Assembly (NCBI RefSeq): GCF_009834535.1
Contig: NC_045696.1
Coordinates: forward strand, 55,926,001 to 55,990,000
Direction: 5' to 3'
From: Camelus ferus
Lineage: Eukaryota
Length of the DNA: 64,000 bases
Part shown: one piece after another, positions 61,932 to 64,000 of the stretch
Layout of the letters: every line of letters begins with the position of its first letter
Position numbering within the stretch: the stretch's first letter is position 1
Position numbers and translations under genes: made by a program
Notes under the pieces: generated by a model
What the model saw: the letters and a program-made list of their open reading frames with translations, nothing else
Database searches by the model: none
Told to the model about the DNA's origin: nothing

Positions 61932-64000
61932 GTTGAACGGATTATCTACATTTATAGATGAGAAAATTGAGGTTCATAGATGGACATGATTTGTTCAAGG
62001 TCACATAATGTATAAATAACAGCCCTAAGTCTCCACGTCTTCTCCCTCTAAGGTCTGTGCTCTCACTTAATTTGTCTAAGTGTAAGGTAAATATTTCTTA
62101 TTTTTAAATTAATCATTGTTCTGTATTTAATTGTGCTACTGAACTTCTTGGTCTAGGAAGTGAACAAGGAAGAAAAGATAAAAATAGCCAAGAGAGGTTA
62201 GGCAGTTACGAGAATTGTGATCAGCTGTAAACACAGAGCATAGACCAAAAGACTGAAACAACAGTTTCAGTCTGCAACTGAGAGAAGATTCTTCTTGCTT
62301 ACTGTCCTTCCCTGCTTCAGTGAAGACGGACTTGCAGTGACCACACTGTGCCCCACCTACACTTCCTTTAACCTGCTGCGTTCAAGATATAAACAAGCCC
62401 TAGGTTTCCTCCCTGAGCACTGGGAGTCTTCAACTCTTTCAATAACTGCTTCTTTGGGACGGAATATTCTCCTGCCCTTGAAGAAAAGACTAAAGGGCAT
62501 TCCTTTCCAAAGTGAAATACTTAGTCATTTATATCCAGCAACTCAAGTCTCTTCTTGTCTCAGAATGGTACAGCTAACCCACACGTGTGTGTTACTTTTT
62601 CTTCTTCCTTTTAATTTATGAATAAGTAAACTTTCAGATCAACTACTGATTTTTATGTTAACATGATGCTTTACTTTGCTTGCCTAGCCTAAATGCCTTT
62701 AGACTTGTGGGATGGCCTATCTTAGTGAAAGGAAAAGTAGGCGTATAAAACACTGTCATTTAATGTTTCCCATTCTACCCAAGGATAAATTGCAGTAACT
62801 CACTTCCCCCGAGAAAAACACAATTTTAGAGAGCTGGCATTAGAGATGAAATTGAGAGTAGGTAGAGTGTGGAGGCTCAATAATGAAAGATTGGATTCAA
62901 CCATCTGTTTTACAGAGGCAACTCTGAGGTTTGTTGTCAAGTTTTTGCTTCCCAGTTACAATTTTAACCAGCAATACTTAACTATTTTAAGCCTCTGGTG
63001 CTCTCTGTTGTTGCTATAATTGCTAAATTAGTAGGCAGCAAGAGTTGCAGTGATGACTGTAATGTGCTTTTTCATAAGTACAGTAAATATGTTATTGTAT
63101 GGTGCTTTGAGGACACGAACTACAAATGGTCCATGCAGGCATTCTGTCAGTGGGATGACAGCCCTGGTGATGTCACAAACAACGACTAAGTTAGTGCTTT
63201 CTGAAGTTCCTCCATGAGAAAGGTACTCTTAGCCATTTTTCATGTCTAACTAACCCCAGGTGTGGAGACTTTAGCAAGGAAGGGCAGGTAGTTGAGCTGG
63301 TAGAGAAGGAGTGACACCAAATGCCAGGAAAGGAGAATTGCAAGACTTCAATTCTCACTTGTCTGGTCCTAGGTTCAGCAGTAACGTTGTATCGTATTTA
63401 TATTTCTGCCTCTGCAAAAAATAGGCTTTCCAAATTCCACAGATAAATAGGTGCTGTACACAATTCTCTATATAGCATTTCCAGAAGTCTGAAAGGTCTG
63501 AGATGTTGCCCTGTTTGCCTGCCACAGTTCCATGAATGCTGGTAGAGGCCAGCAAACTGCTGGGTCAGAGATGAAGGATCATTTATTACCTACAGCAGAA
63601 GTGGCCAAGTATTAGCATTTTTGCACCAGTTCCCTGAGCCCCAATTCCCACAGGGTGATGTGAAGAAGGCCAGGTGACAGCTACACACTGGGTCACATCA
63701 CAGGAGAGGAACAGGGAGTTCAGGAAATCCAACTCTTCAATAATGGACAGTGAGAAAGCCTGCCCTTTGCTCAAAGGGAGACACGATCTCTGACTTCTAA
63801 GGCTGCAAGCAAACCTGCCCCTGGTTCCAGAGACAGCCACTCTTTCTATTGTTTAAGTTTGTTTCCTACACAAAAGAAAGGGCAACAGCTCCCCTCCTTG
63901 CAAGACAAGCAGAAGCATGAGACCCATGGAGTACTGTCTCCATAACAGGGCAAAGTATAACTTTGATTTTGATGAAACTGTATCATTAACCAGCACCCCT

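Noticed and set aside
62295..62621. 108-aa ORF as an exon of a downstream gene
   Set aside because: No recognisable protein similarity and only a weak donor; unsupported without an alignment.
1..64000. CRISPR arrays, operons, defence systems or horizontally acquired DNA
   Set aside because: The window is ordinary mammalian intron/exon and repeat sequence; I saw no regularly spaced repeats, long intronless ORFs or foreign-composition blocks.

Overview
Mammalian genomic DNA, most likely a camelid: a Vic-1-like tRNA-derived SINE and artiodactyl-type L1 3' ends are present, and I saw no Alu, B1, Bov-A/BovB or PRE-1. The window holds the conserved PLA1A - POPDC2 - COX17 block. It contains the last four coding exons of PLA1A (+), the complete POPDC2 gene (-, 4 exons) and the complete COX17 gene (-, 2 coding exons plus a non-coding 3' exon) with its CpG-island promoter. 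The rest is intronic or intergenic DNA dense in L1, L2, MIR, MaLR/ERV LTRs and DNA-transposon MITEs. I found no new gene or prokaryote-style system. The most interesting signals are at the RNA-processing level: (1) a tandem GTAC-GTAAGT donor in PLA1A giving a C-terminally truncated form; (2) two alternative donors in POPDC2 exon 3 giving two different C-termini, one placed just inside the NMD-escape distance; (3) phase compatibility for an in-frame COX17 exon 1 to POPDC2 exon 2 read-through; (4) a MIR-supplied poly(A) signal; (5) a CpG-rich POPDC2 exon 1; (6) a possible divergent transcript from the COX17 promoter. Gene identities come from recalled orthologue sequences. Repeat subfamily names and boundaries are by eye and approximate.
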